Positions 18,325 through 28,163 of a stretch of DNA of 64,000 nucleotides are shown here, piece after piece; positions within the stretch are counted from its first letter, which is position 1; every line of letters starts with the position of its first letter. The stretch comes from a virus (Duplodnaviria > Caudoviricetes). The notes beneath the pieces are model-generated. The model saw only the letters and a list, made by a program, of their open reading frames with translations. It was not told the DNA's origin and did not search any database. Position numbers and translations under genes: made by a program. The stretch spans positions 1 to 64,000 of the IMG/VR virus record IMGVR_UViG_3300037249_000698. One strand, given 5' to 3'.

Positions 18325-18817
18325 TTTCTTCTCCTTTGTAATTAGCCAATTCGTGAATCTTTTTCAGAAATTCCTTTCTATGAGTCAAAACCTTTTTCGT
18401 TTCAAAAAAGTCGATAATATCCCAAATCTGAATAGCTAACTTATCAGCACACATATCAACATACATACAAATATCGTGTAAACAGCTTTTCTTTTCATCA
18501 AGCGTTTGAGGTGTGGTGCAAGCACTGGCTATAACAGGTCTTGAACCGTTTAACAATCCTATCATGTGATTGTATGTGTAAAACAAGTCAAAAAGGTATT
18601 TCTGATAATCGCCTGTCGCATGATTAAGTTGTTTTCTCAAAACGTCACGCTGTTGTATCATTTGCTTTTCTTGATAATCAATTTCATCAATGATGTGATT
18701 TATTGCTCTATCATAATCAAAATCTTCCGTAGCATCCAACCACCACTCATAGATGTTATTTTCCAAATCGCCCCAAAAATTTCTATTGTTTGCAAGTATT
18801 GAAATCTGTTCTAACAT
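18317..18817 (-). CDS. hypothetical protein
   Basis: operonic ORF. Confidence 0.7.
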   Translation of the reverse strand: MLEQISILANNRNFWGDLENNIYEWWLDATEDFDYDRAINHIIDEIDYQEKQMIQQRDVLRKQLNHATGDYQKYLFDLFYTYNHMIGLLNGSRPVIASACTTPQTLDEKKSCLHDICMYVDMCADKLAIQIWDIIDFFETKKVLTHRKEFLKKIHELANYKGEEND

Positions 18818-19155
18818 TTATTTTCTCCATCATAAGAACCTGCTAAATAACCACGTAAAAACGCTCTAATATCATTATTAGAAACACTGTGTTCGTCTAA
18901 TAAACTTAACACATCATGTATTGCTTGTCGCTTCTGACATGACTTAGTAACCAAAAATATTTCGTCAGGATCATCATCCACAAGATAAACCTTTCCATCG
19001 CCTGTAAGCAAATCTGCTGGGTTAAATTCCTGCTCAAATATAGGATTGTTTGAAATATATTCGTTGTCTTTATAATAATTTTTTAACAGATTTAACCTCT
19101 GTCCGTCATTGTAGATACGCTTAAATAATTCTTCTTCAACCTTATAATATCTCAT
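18811..19155 (-). CDS. hypothetical protein
   Basis: TAGGAG RBS. Confidence 0.7.
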   Translation of the reverse strand: MRYYKVEEELFKRIYNDGQRLNLLKNYYKDNEYISNNPIFEQEFNPADLLTGDGKVYLVDDDPDEIFLVTKSCQKRQAIHDVLSLLDEHSVSNNDIRAFLRGYLAGSYDGENKC

Positions 19156-19164
19156 TTTTTACTC

Positions 19165-19521
19165 CTATTTAAAATCATCCTCTGTCGCTTTACCTGCTTT
19201 GCAATCTTCAAACAGTTTTTTCATTCGTTTTGAATTGCTGTCATTATCATACAGTTTTTCCCAAAGACTTGCAATAATATCGTCTTTTCTGTCTTTATAA
19301 TAATGAATATAGTCAGTATCAATAACTACAGTATCGCCATATTTTATTTCAATGTTATACACTAATGAATCTAACAATTTAGCATCTTTTTCAGCAATAT
19401 TATTGCAAAAATTTTCATACCCAGTCGAAGAAAACCATTGTCCGTAAGTTTTAATGTCAATGTACTTTCGTATTCTTGGCAATACACAAATCCATTCTCT
19501 CAATGTGTTAAACTTAGGCAT
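19165..19521 (-). CDS. hypothetical protein
   Basis: operonic ORF. Confidence 0.7.
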   Translation of the reverse strand: MPKFNTLREWICVLPRIRKYIDIKTYGQWFSSTGYENFCNNIAEKDAKLLDSLVYNIEIKYGDTVVIDTDYIHYYKDRKDDIIASLWEKLYDNDSNSKRMKKLFEDCKAGKATEDDFK

Positions 19522-19523
19522 AA

Positions 19524-19730
19524 TTATTTCCCTTGTTCGTAAAGTTCCTGAATATTATCACTATACATTCTTAGATTTTTTGCACTCTCGCTAAGAAGAT
19601 TAGCCTCGGCATGAACCATTTTTTCATAACGGTCTATCGTTTTATGACATATCTCAATTTCTCGGTTTGCTATTTTTAACTCATTTTCAAGCCGTTCAAC
19701 CTGCATAACTAAATCATCTATTTCAGCCAT
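19524..19730 (-). CDS. coiled-coil hypothetical protein
   Basis: operonic ORF. Confidence 0.65.
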   Translation of the reverse strand: MAEIDDLVMQVERLENELKIANREIEICHKTIDRYEKMVHAEANLLSESAKNLRMYSDNIQELYEQGK

Positions 19731-19966
19731 TAGTGTGCCTCGCTTATATCAATTTTCATGTTCAGCCACAAACGTTCGTCTTTTAAACACGCTTTATAAC
19801 CGTCTAAAAACTGTTGTGCATTATCACTACAAACAGAATTTCTGTTTAAAAGGTGTGTAACACGGTCTATTGCATTTATATCATCTGAAAGCTCTCTGTA
19901 TCTTTCTAATAAATCGTTATTCTTTTCAGTCAACGTCTGTCTTAATTTTTCTTCTAAATCACTCAT
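19730..19966 (-). CDS. hypothetical protein
   Basis: CAGGAG RBS. Confidence 0.65.
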   Translation of the reverse strand: MSDLEEKLRQTLTEKNNDLLERYRELSDDINAIDRVTHLLNRNSVCSDNAQQFLDGYKACLKDERLWLNMKIDISEAH

Positions 19967-20133
19967 TTTTTACTCCTGTAGTCTTGCAACTCTTTTAACC
20001 ATGAGATTAAGCACTCATATATCATCAGTTCTTCTGCCATATCGCCATTAGTATCACCTAAAGAATAGATTTTATAAAAATACTCTAAATGCTCGATATA
20101 CTCCTCTAAAGACATTGGTTTTTCCTCATCCAT
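19963..20133 (-). CDS. small hypothetical protein (56 aa, not in ORF track)
   Basis: fills operon gap; ends WLKELQDYRSKK. Confidence 0.6.
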   Translation of the reverse strand: MDEEKPMSLEEYIEHLEYFYKIYSLGDTNGDMAEELMIYECLISWLKELQDYRSKK

Positions 20134-20138
20134 ATAGC

Positions 20139-20558
20139 CTACCTATTAAAAAATCTAACACAATAATCTTCTCGTTCGTGCATAAGGATAAAATCAAATA
20201 TCCTACCCATTTGTTCAGCTGTAAAGTTAGTGCCATACACTAAAACCGTTTTAGGTCTACGACCTGTTAAAAAGAACTCATCAGGTCTACCGACTGCAAT
20301 ATTCATTTTAAAAATGTTTTTAGACTTTAAGTTAAAAACTTCGAACGTGTCGTGAATTACATTAGCTTTCAGACAGTCGTTGTCAACATCCTTTAGCATT
20401 TCCATTAACATATTCCATATCGGTGCTTTTAGCTGTGCCATCATTTCACCTGCACTAACGATGATAACGACTTGTTCTTCTATGAAGTTTGATTTACCAT
20501 TATCAAGTTTATTTTGAATATAATCTCGTAAAAAGTCAACAAGTTCGTATCTATCCAT
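20139..20558 (-). CDS. hypothetical protein
   Basis: operonic ORF. Confidence 0.7.
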   Translation of the reverse strand: MDRYELVDFLRDYIQNKLDNGKSNFIEEQVVIIVSAGEMMAQLKAPIWNMLMEMLKDVDNDCLKANVIHDTFEVFNLKSKNIFKMNIAVGRPDEFFLTGRRPKTVLVYGTNFTAEQMGRIFDFILMHEREDYCVRFFNR

Positions 20559-21075
20559 GTACTTTTACTCCGAACGGAATCCAACCAATGGTATCGTCAA
20601 GATATAATTCATAATCGTTAAATAATTCTGTAAAAGTATATATATCGTTAGCTATATAAGCATAACAACAACAATCAATAAATTTAACACCTGTGAGCAT
20701 CGACTTTTCGTAATTATACGTATAGCCTTTTCGTCTAAATTTTATAATATCTCCAATCGTAAAGTATTCTAAAAATTGATCAATGGTACGAAACTGTGCG
20801 TATTTTTCAGTAGGTGGCAATAAATCTTCATCAGCAATAAAATACATACCGGCTGATGGTTCGCCATAACAATTAAATTTAAAGCAATAGTCGGTTTTGC
20901 CTGATTCGTCAACGCCTGTGATTTTACCGTGGTAACACCACTTGTTTAAATCTGTTAATTCATGTAAACAATATGCAAAATATCCAGTCTTACCCACAAA
21001 ACTTTTATTAGCTTCTAAAACTGTTTTGATTACAGATCTGTCTTTAATTCTAGGGTCTAACTCTAACATAATCAC
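20551..21075 (-). CDS. paralogous family protein (LDxRI...GYF...WxPFG), copy 1
   Basis: motifs shared with four other ORFs. Confidence 0.8.
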   Translation of the reverse strand: MIMLELDPRIKDRSVIKTVLEANKSFVGKTGYFAYCLHELTDLNKWCYHGKITGVDESGKTDYCFKFNCYGEPSAGMYFIADEDLLPPTEKYAQFRTIDQFLEYFTIGDIIKFRRKGYTYNYEKSMLTGVKFIDCCCYAYIANDIYTFTELFNDYELYLDDTIGWIPFGVKVHG

Positions 21076-21080
21076 TCCTA

Positions 21081-21440
21081 CTATTTAAAATACGCTCTAG
21101 CAACATTTGTTGTGTAGTTGTAGCCTTTATTTGACCGTTTTGTTTCATCGACAGCATTGTTATAGTCTTTAACAATGTTGTATAGTGTATTCCAACCGTC
21201 TTTTGTCTCTCTGTCATTGTATTCTGATAATGATGCTTTTAACAATAATTCTTCTATCTTTTTATTGTCAGAATACCTAATATCCTTTATAGGATTTCTC
21301 TCATCAAACTCTTTTGTTTGATCAACAACGTCAAAAAACATACACAAGAAAATTTTAATCAGCATAAAAAGACCGATTATTGATATTACACATATCAATA
21401 CGGTAACACAACCAACAATGATGTTTATCATAATATCCAT
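21081..21440 (-). CDS. membrane-anchored hypothetical protein
   Basis: hydrophobic N-terminus. Confidence 0.65.
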   Translation of the reverse strand: MDIMINIIVGCVTVLICVISIIGLFMLIKIFLCMFFDVVDQTKEFDERNPIKDIRYSDNKKIEELLLKASLSEYNDRETKDGWNTLYNIVKDYNNAVDETKRSNKGYNYTTNVARAYFK

Positions 21441-21442
21441 AT

Positions 21443-22414
21443 TTAATCCTTAACGCTTAACAGTGCATTACCACATGTGATTCTATCTGCATCTTCTTCC
21501 TTTGACGGAATGAATACTATTACCTGCCAACCCTCGGCTAATAACGGCTCTTCAAACTGTTTATACACATCGTACTTATAATACCCATCAGCGGTGTTAA
21601 TGCCGTTATCAGTAGCCTCATGTGTTTCATGGATTGGTGTAATTTTAACGATGAATTTATCCTTATCAAACAGTCTTGACAGTTCTTTAGGATCTAAGAC
21701 TGTATCAGTCGTAACAGGAAAATTCAATGTGTATTTTCTACCAACAGGCATTGGCAAATCTCGGCAAATTTCAGATATTTCAGCTAATGATAAAGACTGA
21801 CCTCTGAACAAATCATTACGCTGATTTTCATCGGTAGAATTTATTGATAACTGTAAACCTGCCTCACCTGCATAAACATCGTTTTTGATAGAACAAAAAT
21901 CTTTTAAAATCTGTCTTAACTTTTCCTTGCCTAAACCTTTTGGTAACATTGTTGTGAATACTGGGTGTATCACATCTGCTTTCATGTGAGTGTTTACAAT
22001 ATCACGCAAATCATTTACTAAAAATCTGAATACACATTCTGCATTAAATGCAGGTTCACCCATACGAGCCAAGTGTAAATTAAAACGCTTTGTGTACTTA
22101 CAACCGCTGAACTTAATAGCGTTAATTACTTCCTCTGCAAGTTCTTCTCGTGAGATATTACCCTTGAATTTAACTTTAGGACAGTCGCAGAACTTACACT
22201 TCATAGGACAACCTTTTTGGGTAGAGATTGTGACAACGAATTTATCTGCTAAATCTACCTCGTGATGCGGAACGGAATTTATTTCTTTTGTAAAACCTAA
22301 AAAGTCAGCCTTGATATTATTTTCCTTACCATAATCGCCTACATACAGATATTCCATTGTCTTATCAGTATCGCAAAAGATAACACCAGTATGAGTTTTA
22401 AATTCCTTAATCAT
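21443..22414 (-). CDS. RlmN/Cfr-like radical SAM protein
   Basis: ISTQKGCPMKCKFC, MGEP, LSINS, terminal TCGN. Confidence 0.85.
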   Translation of the reverse strand: MIKEFKTHTGVIFCDTDKTMEYLYVGDYGKENNIKADFLGFTKEINSVPHHEVDLADKFVVTISTQKGCPMKCKFCDCPKVKFKGNISREELAEEVINAIKFSGCKYTKRFNLHLARMGEPAFNAECVFRFLVNDLRDIVNTHMKADVIHPVFTTMLPKGLGKEKLRQILKDFCSIKNDVYAGEAGLQLSINSTDENQRNDLFRGQSLSLAEISEICRDLPMPVGRKYTLNFPVTTDTVLDPKELSRLFDKDKFIVKITPIHETHEATDNGINTADGYYKYDVYKQFEEPLLAEGWQVIVFIPSKEEDADRITCGNALLSVKD

Positions 22415-22436
22415 AATTACTAATTACTCCTTAAAA

Positions 22437-22670
22437 CTAATTAAAATCTTGTTCACTTTTATGTTCGTCATTCTTAATATAGGTTACAACAATCTGCAAA
22501 AATCTACCATTATCAAGTGTATTGCCACCTTCACCTGACAGATATTTAATATCAGTTACCACATGTGTTTTACAAAAATCCTCAATATCACTCAAAATAA
22601 TACTTCTATCAATACTACTATACGCATTTCCAAAAGTTTTTACAGTCAATCCATTAAAACCTTTTTCCAC
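22437..22670 (-). CDS. hypothetical protein
   Basis: AAGGAG RBS. Confidence 0.6.
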   Translation of the reverse strand: MEKGFNGLTVKTFGNAYSSIDRSIILSDIEDFCKTHVVTDIKYLSGEGGNTLDNGRFLQIVVTYIKNDEHKSEQDFN

Positions 22671-22673
22671 TAC

Positions 22674-23075
22674 TTACTCCTTAATCAATTCAATATAAGC
22701 CTTTTTATTATAGCTATCGTACATAGTCGCTTTACCGAACCTGTACTTAACGCCATTTAACTGTTCAAGTATCTGTTTATCTTCTTCACATTCTTTGTGA
22801 GTTTTCTGAACGTCAACTCGATTTTCGTCTTTTTCAAAAAATCCTGTTGGAATCCAATAAACTTTACACGGAATTGTAACAGAGCCATTATTATCTGACA
22901 ATAGTTTTGCATTATTTATTTGATGTGGATCACTAGGCTTTTTATTATGAAAGATATGATAAATTGACGCTGTACTACTAGCACTAGAGATAACAGCAGA
23001 ACTAACGGCAGAACCAACTGCATGTGCGTCACTAACGCAAGCTAATGTGATAATTGCTAAAACGATTATTTTCAT
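22674..23075 (-). CDS. putative exported protein
   Basis: signal peptide MKIIVLAIITLACVSDAHA. Confidence 0.65.
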   Translation of the reverse strand: MKIIVLAIITLACVSDAHAVGSAVSSAVISSASSTASIYHIFHNKKPSDPHQINNAKLLSDNNGSVTIPCKVYWIPTGFFEKDENRVDVQKTHKECEEDKQILEQLNGVKYRFGKATMYDSYNKKAYIELIKE

Positions 23076-23308
23076 TCTTCTTCCTTGGTTTTTAGTTCGA
23101 CTTCGTATAACATACAGCCACCCATAGAGTGAAAATGAATCTGAATGACAACCTTTTTCAGTTCATAATCCAAATATTTTGCATAATCATCTACATTGAG
23201 TTTTTTGCCGTTATCTAACTTAAATGTAGCTAAACCGATATAAAAACACTCTGCATCCTCAATACGACCGCTGTCTATTTCACGTTGTATAAATTCGTCT
23301 AACGTCAT
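23072..23308 (-). CDS. hypothetical protein
   Basis: operonic ORF. Confidence 0.65.
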   Translation of the reverse strand: MTLDEFIQREIDSGRIEDAECFYIGLATFKLDNGKKLNVDDYAKYLDYELKKVVIQIHFHSMGGCMLYEVELKTKEEE

Positions 23309-23313
23309 GTTTA

Positions 23314-23568
23314 TTAGTCCTCTGCTTCGTTATCCAACCACCAAAAATCTGTTTCATTGTAGGTTGTTGGCAATTCCTCAACCTGCAACTCGCCACAATA
23401 CAGCATATCGTATGGCTCTGAATACTCGTGCGGATTCTGATATTTTTCTTTAAAAGCATTTGCTTTTTCTTCTGAATCAAAAATACAAATCAAGTCTTTT
23501 TGAGGGATAGCGTCACCGAACCCACCATCCTCATCCCAACAGTGAAAAACACCATACATCTTATTCAT
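23314..23568 (-). CDS. acidic hypothetical protein
   Basis: operonic ORF. Confidence 0.7.
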   Translation of the reverse strand: MNKMYGVFHCWDEDGGFGDAIPQKDLICIFDSEEKANAFKEKYQNPHEYSEPYDMLYCGELQVEELPTTYNETDFWWLDNEAED

Positions 23569-23572
23569 AAGT

Positions 23573-23818
23573 TTATTCCTTTAAGTATTTAATACAGTAT
23601 TCTTTATCATTTACGTTTTGCATGCAACTACCATACAAATCTTCGTCAGTTTTATATGTAACACCACTCATTATTGTGAAAAATATAAACGAAAGAACCG
23701 TTATTATAATTAAACCACCAACTATTTCCCCATCATCAATTTTTTCTTTATACCTAATAGTCAAATAAAAACCTATTACTGCGAACAAACTTAATAAACC
23801 AAAAATAAGACTCCACAT
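23573..23818 (-). CDS. two-TM membrane protein
   Basis: two hydrophobic stretches; GAGGAG RBS. Confidence 0.7.
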   Translation of the reverse strand: MWSLIFGLLSLFAVIGFYLTIRYKEKIDDGEIVGGLIIITVLSFIFFTIMSGVTYKTDEDLYGSCMQNVNDKEYCIKYLKE

Positions 23819-23821
23819 AAA

Positions 23822-24328
23822 TTACTCCTCAACCCCGAATACTCGCCAATTACCATCGCTGTCTTTCCACCGATAATAATCAAACAGTGTTTGTAAGGAA
23901 AATTCATGCGAACCAAAACAAACTGCAAACGTATCATCAGGAGCGTGAAAATATCCAACAATCTGAAAACATGATTCTTTATTATCAACAATGTTTTTCA
24001 TCGTTACCCACTGACCGAAAACCCCATTGTTAAACATCTTTATAAATTCGTCTTTTGTTAACGGTCTATACTTAACTTCTTTTAAAAGGGATTCAGGGAT
24101 AAAAAAGCGATAAAATCCATTACCAGCATCGAATAGATTATCAGTAACAGTATCATCGTCAATCGCCACTAAAACTGATTTTTTACATCTACTCAAATCT
24201 GTTAAATCGGCAAAATAATCAGTGAAATAACCTGTTTTACCAACGTATTTATCATCATACTGTCTGTATGACTGAACATCGGAAAAATCCTTAATTCTCT
24301 TATCTAACTCGTTACGTATAACTGTCAT
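23822..24328 (-). CDS. paralogous family protein, copy 2
   Basis: start reassigned to MTVIRNELDKRIK behind GGAGG. Confidence 0.8.
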   Translation of the reverse strand: MTVIRNELDKRIKDFSDVQSYRQYDDKYVGKTGYFTDYFADLTDLSRCKKSVLVAIDDDTVTDNLFDAGNGFYRFFIPESLLKEVKYRPLTKDEFIKMFNNGVFGQWVTMKNIVDNKESCFQIVGYFHAPDDTFAVCFGSHEFSLQTLFDYYRWKDSDGNWRVFGVEE

Positions 24329-24329
24329 A

Positions 24330-24515
24330 TTATTCTTCCTCCACTGTTTCAATGTCTTGCTTTGCTTTTTCTTCCAACCTGTTTGCTCTGTATAACCGAT
24401 TATCTTTTTCCCAATCATCAGAGCCGTGATTTCTACAAGTTTTGTCAACAGCTTTTGCACCTCGGTACTGTTTACGATGTTCTTTGCCGTGTTCAATGGC
24501 TTTGTCTAGTGTCAT
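24330..24515 (-). CDS. conserved small phage protein
   Basis: LDKAIEHGKEHRK...CRNHG; fills operon slot. Confidence 0.7.
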   Translation of the reverse strand: MTLDKAIEHGKEHRKQYRGAKAVDKTCRNHGSDDWEKDNRLYRANRLEEKAKQDIETVEEE

Positions 24516-24521
24516 AGTGTT

Positions 24522-24761
24522 TTATCCTAACGCTTTTCGTAACCTGTCGTATACTTCTTTGCTAAATTCATCCTCGGTTTCTAATTTAATAATATCGGAT
24601 TTTTCTTCGATTTTAATAACTTCTGCAAACCTGTATAGCAACTCACGAACATCTAAATAATATTCTTTATGAGCTACAATAACACCATTTTGAATCCATC
24701 CGTCTGTTATTTCTAAAGTGTTTTTAAGTTTCTTTTTAAATTCATCACTGGCTCTAATCAT
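24522..24761 (-). CDS. hypothetical protein
   Basis: CAGGAG RBS. Confidence 0.65.
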   Translation of the reverse strand: MIRASDEFKKKLKNTLEITDGWIQNGVIVAHKEYYLDVRELLYRFAEVIKIEEKSDIIKLETEDEFSKEVYDRLRKALG

Positions 24762-24772
24762 ATTTACTCCTG

Positions 24773-25165
24773 TTATTCCAACACTATCACATTAGTTAAA
24801 TAATCGTCTTTGTTTATATCGTTATGCCAATAGCCATTTAACTGTTTTATCGGCTTTTTACCGCCTTGTGTTAGTTCGTGGAGTGATGTTATTCTGATTT
24901 TACTACTAACTAGCTTATAATCATCACCGTCACGAACAACAATTTGCTCAATTCCTTTGAGCATACCGCAGTCTTTTGCTCTTTCTAAAAAATCTATAAT
25001 GTCATTTATAGCAGAAACATAATATGATTCAACACCTTGATCTTTCAGCTTTGATTTTAAACGCTCGATTTCTGCTTCTTGTTCTCTAACCTTTTGTTGT
25101 AATCTTGCATTTTCGATGCTACCCAAAACGCCCATGTTTTGTAAAAACTGATCGTCAAACAACAT
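24773..25165 (-). CDS. hypothetical protein
   Basis: start MLFDD behind GGAGGAG. Confidence 0.65.
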   Translation of the reverse strand: MLFDDQFLQNMGVLGSIENARLQQKVREQEAEIERLKSKLKDQGVESYYVSAINDIIDFLERAKDCGMLKGIEQIVVRDGDDYKLVSSKIRITSLHELTQGGKKPIKQLNGYWHNDINKDDYLTNVIVLE

Positions 25166-25167
25166 AA

Positions 25168-25710
25168 CTACTCCTCCATGCCAAATGGCTTCCATTCTCC
25201 GTTGGTGCAAATTTCATAATCTTTAAATAAATTTTCTAAAAAATATCCTATGTTTATTAGCATTATTCTTCCTGTTGTTCTTTTGTCTTGAATATCTTCT
25301 TCACCATTATCAATAACATATCCGGTATACATAACATGAAATTCTTGTCCTTGTCTATTTCTGAACGTGATAACTTCGCCTATTTCATGCTGGTCTACCC
25401 ATTCTGCAAGGGTATAAGGTCTGTATTTCTTTTCAACAGACTTTAATAATTTTTCAGGAATGAAAAATCTGTAATAACCAATACGTTCATTCCCATTTTT
25501 GTCTCTTGCTTTGAAACAATGGTCTTCACTCTCACCATTAATATTTACCAATGTTCCGTAATCACATTCTATTAAATCTTGTGTTTGAACGAAGTCGTCA
25601 AAAAAGAACCCTTTGCAACCGATAAAATCATGATCATTGTGTATAATTGTTTGAATATCGTCTATGCTTTTAATTCTATCGTCTAACTTAAAGTTTGATT
25701 TTACTGTCAT
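25168..25710 (-). CDS. paralogous family protein, copy 3
   Basis: LDDRIK...GFFF...YRFFIPE...WKPFG. Confidence 0.8.
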   Translation of the reverse strand: MTVKSNFKLDDRIKSIDDIQTIIHNDHDFIGCKGFFFDDFVQTQDLIECDYGTLVNINGESEDHCFKARDKNGNERIGYYRFFIPEKLLKSVEKKYRPYTLAEWVDQHEIGEVITFRNRQGQEFHVMYTGYVIDNGEEDIQDKRTTGRIMLINIGYFLENLFKDYEICTNGEWKPFGMEE

Positions 25711-25711
25711 G

Positions 25712-25978
25712 TTATTTACCCCCTAAAACCACAATCCACTCATTTGAACAACGTCTAGTCACAACAAGAAATTCATGTAAAATTTTTCTATCACCGTATT
25801 TAGCAATAGTTTCATAATCAAGTTTATAATCCCTGTGCGAAATTTTAAAACTCAATTTAAAGCCTGTTGGTTGCACTATAACAGTGTATAAAACATTGTT
25901 TTCTTTGTAATGTTTGTCATACCATTCTCTGAAAGTTATTCGATTATCGTTGTTATCTTTTTTCTTAAACCAAAACAT
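25712..25978 (-). CDS. hypothetical protein
   Basis: GGAGAG RBS. Confidence 0.65.
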   Translation of the reverse strand: MFWFKKKDNNDNRITFREWYDKHYKENNVLYTVIVQPTGFKLSFKISHRDYKLDYETIAKYGDRKILHEFLVVTRRCSNEWIVVLGGK

Positions 25979-25993
25979 TGTTTATCTCTCCAC

Positions 25994-26521
25994 TTACTTA
26001 TCCACTCTCGGATTTTCTGAATCGTCTAAACCTACAACAAATTTTTTCAAAAGATACTGTACTCGTTCTTTAGAAAACGGAAATTCAGCAGTTCCCAGTT
26101 TTTTCCAACTATGCTTAAAATCACCTCGGCTATCAAACGAACCACAAATAAAATATATTTTTAAATAATCTTCTTTATCTTGACGTTCTTCATCAGTTTC
26201 AGAATTTATGCGGTTTTGCCATTCTATATATTCTTTTAGTTCTTCTATTGTTCTCACGTTATCAGCAGGAATAAAATAACGATATGCCCAGTGATTGTCA
26301 CATACGAAACACATATCACCGCCATAATCTAAATCGGTTAAATAGAGTAATTTACCGTATTTAATGCCGTTAGAACCCTCTAAGTCTTTGAAATTCTGTA
26401 TAGAATTTGCAAAGTAACCCATCTTGCCAACGTCTTTTTCATTAGCGGTTATGACGGTTTTTATATCTTCAATATCGTAAATTCTAGCGTCAAGTTCTAT
26501 AGGTATGTTGTTCAGTTTCAT
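25994..26521 (-). CDS. paralogous family protein, copy 4 (different C-terminal half)
   Basis: LDARIY...GKMGYF...YRYFIP. Confidence 0.75.
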   Translation of the reverse strand: MKLNNIPIELDARIYDIEDIKTVITANEKDVGKMGYFANSIQNFKDLEGSNGIKYGKLLYLTDLDYGGDMCFVCDNHWAYRYFIPADNVRTIEELKEYIEWQNRINSETDEERQDKEDYLKIYFICGSFDSRGDFKHSWKKLGTAEFPFSKERVQYLLKKFVVGLDDSENPRVDK

Positions 26522-26523
26522 TG

Positions 26524-27060
26524 TTACTTCTCCCTAATTCCGAAAGGACACCATGTATCTTTCAGCTTAATTTCAAAATTTTCAAAAACGGATTTTGGTT
26601 CATACGCATAAGAACCTAACCATATCTTTTTGAGTTCTAGTGTCTCCAAATCGTAATCTATTCTCGTACAAAAACACTGTATGATATTCTTAGGGTATTT
26701 CTTTTCTCTTATGGTTAGTACCTTACCGACTAAACCACCGAACTCGCCAACATCAAGAACGTTTGCAAATTTTCTGTAACCACTGTCTAATTCAGATTTA
26801 GAATTGGATTTTAATGCGTATAATGGTAAAAAATAACGGAATTTTGCTATGCCATTGTATTCAAAACAAGCATCAGTATTATCAACAATGTTTGTTAATT
26901 TTCCTGTTTGTAGCTTGCGTAAATCACAAAATCTCTCAATATTATCACCGAAATAACCTATCTCGTTGATAAGTTTATATTCAGAACCTTTGATATTATT
27001 AAAGGCTTTTATATCCTCAATAGACCGTATTCTGCGGTCGAGCATTGTTAAACTAATCAT
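26524..27060 (-). CDS. paralogous family protein, copy 5
   Basis: LDRRIR...IGYF...FRYFLP...WCPFG. Confidence 0.8.
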   Translation of the reverse strand: MISLTMLDRRIRSIEDIKAFNNIKGSEYKLINEIGYFGDNIERFCDLRKLQTGKLTNIVDNTDACFEYNGIAKFRYFLPLYALKSNSKSELDSGYRKFANVLDVGEFGGLVGKVLTIREKKYPKNIIQCFCTRIDYDLETLELKKIWLGSYAYEPKSVFENFEIKLKDTWCPFGIREK

Positions 27061-27394
27061 GTATAACTCCTAATAGTTTTAAGTGTTTACGTGTTGTTAT
27101 TTTATCAACCTGCAAGTTTTTCAGCAAGACAAAAAATGCGAATATTCGATTGATTTCTGACTCGCTTAACATTTTTTCGTAAAACGGATTTTTTAAGTCA
27201 TGCAAAACGTTTTTCATCCAATGTTTTAAAACATAATCAGGAATTTCTTCTGTAAAACGGATTAAGCGAGTTAGAGTGTTATCTGACATATTTAGCAAAC
27301 CGAATATTGCTAGGTGCAGGTAACGATTAAATAATTCGTAATGTAATTCGTAATGGTCGAGTGGTCGCATCTGCCGTAATTTAAGTCGGTTCAT
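27053..27394 (-). CDS. hypothetical protein
   Basis: operonic ORF, ATGA overlap. Confidence 0.6.
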   Translation of the reverse strand: MNRLKLRQMRPLDHYELHYELFNRYLHLAIFGLLNMSDNTLTRLIRFTEEIPDYVLKHWMKNVLHDLKNPFYEKMLSESEINRIFAFFVLLKNLQVDKITTRKHLKLLGVIHD

Positions 27395-27852
27395 AGTTCT
27401 ATATCCGCTGTAATGGTTATTTCCCAATCAAAATCATCATCGTCTGTAACTCTATCAACATAAGAATTGCCAACACAACTATCTAACATTTGCTGATCAA
27501 ATACGTTATTGAACGTATCAAAATCAGTATCTTCATATAATCTAAAATTCATGTGTTCATAACCGTCAATATCAGAAATGCGAACTCTAACCTTTTCTAA
27601 AAGCACTTGCTCCGTATGTTTTATGCGTTCTAAAAATTCTCTTACTGTCTCTCGTGTATGAACATAAGATAAATGCTGTATAGATTTATCACCATGTTTT
27701 TGTCGCTCGTCTGTGTTCTTTGCAACAATTCGCATAAGATTGTATGCTCGATTAAAGCCTAACTCGTATGCCTGCTTAACAGAAATGTTTTCAGCGTCTT
27801 TACAATCTGTTCTAAACCAATTTTTCATCGCAATATCTTTTTTATTTACCAT
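27391..27852 (-). CDS. hypothetical protein
   Basis: GAGGT RBS. Confidence 0.7.
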   Translation of the reverse strand: MVNKKDIAMKNWFRTDCKDAENISVKQAYELGFNRAYNLMRIVAKNTDERQKHGDKSIQHLSYVHTRETVREFLERIKHTEQVLLEKVRVRISDIDGYEHMNFRLYEDTDFDTFNNVFDQQMLDSCVGNSYVDRVTDDDDFDWEITITADIEL

Positions 27853-28138
27853 AAACGTACCTCATTTTTATTATTTCCTCGTAACCTGAATGATACTTTG
27901 GAAAGCGTTTATGTAATACTTCAAACAATCTGTCCGCACGTCTTTTACGAATCTCTGTCTGAATAAAGGACTCTGTATAAAAAATCATCCGCTTGATGCC
28001 TGCTATTTTAGATAATTGATGTTTGTAATAGCCTTCATCAGAGTACCACTTACTAAGCTCTTGTGCCTCCTTTAATTCTTTTTCTAAAATGGATTTTAAG
28101 AACTTTAAATCTCTTTTTGCATCTGATAATCTACCCAT
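27842..28138 (-). CDS. basic hypothetical protein
   Basis: AAGGAG RBS before MGRL. Confidence 0.65.
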   Translation of the reverse strand: MGRLSDAKRDLKFLKSILEKELKEAQELSKWYSDEGYYKHQLSKIAGIKRMIFYTESFIQTEIRKRRADRLFEVLHKRFPKYHSGYEEIIKMRYVYGK

Positions 28139-28163
28139 TATTATCTCCTTATCCAAACGGATT

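Noticed and set aside
24329-24496. N-terminal extension of ORF 23822-24496
   Set aside because: It overlaps the more credible gene 24330-24515; paralogs and RBS place the start at 24328.
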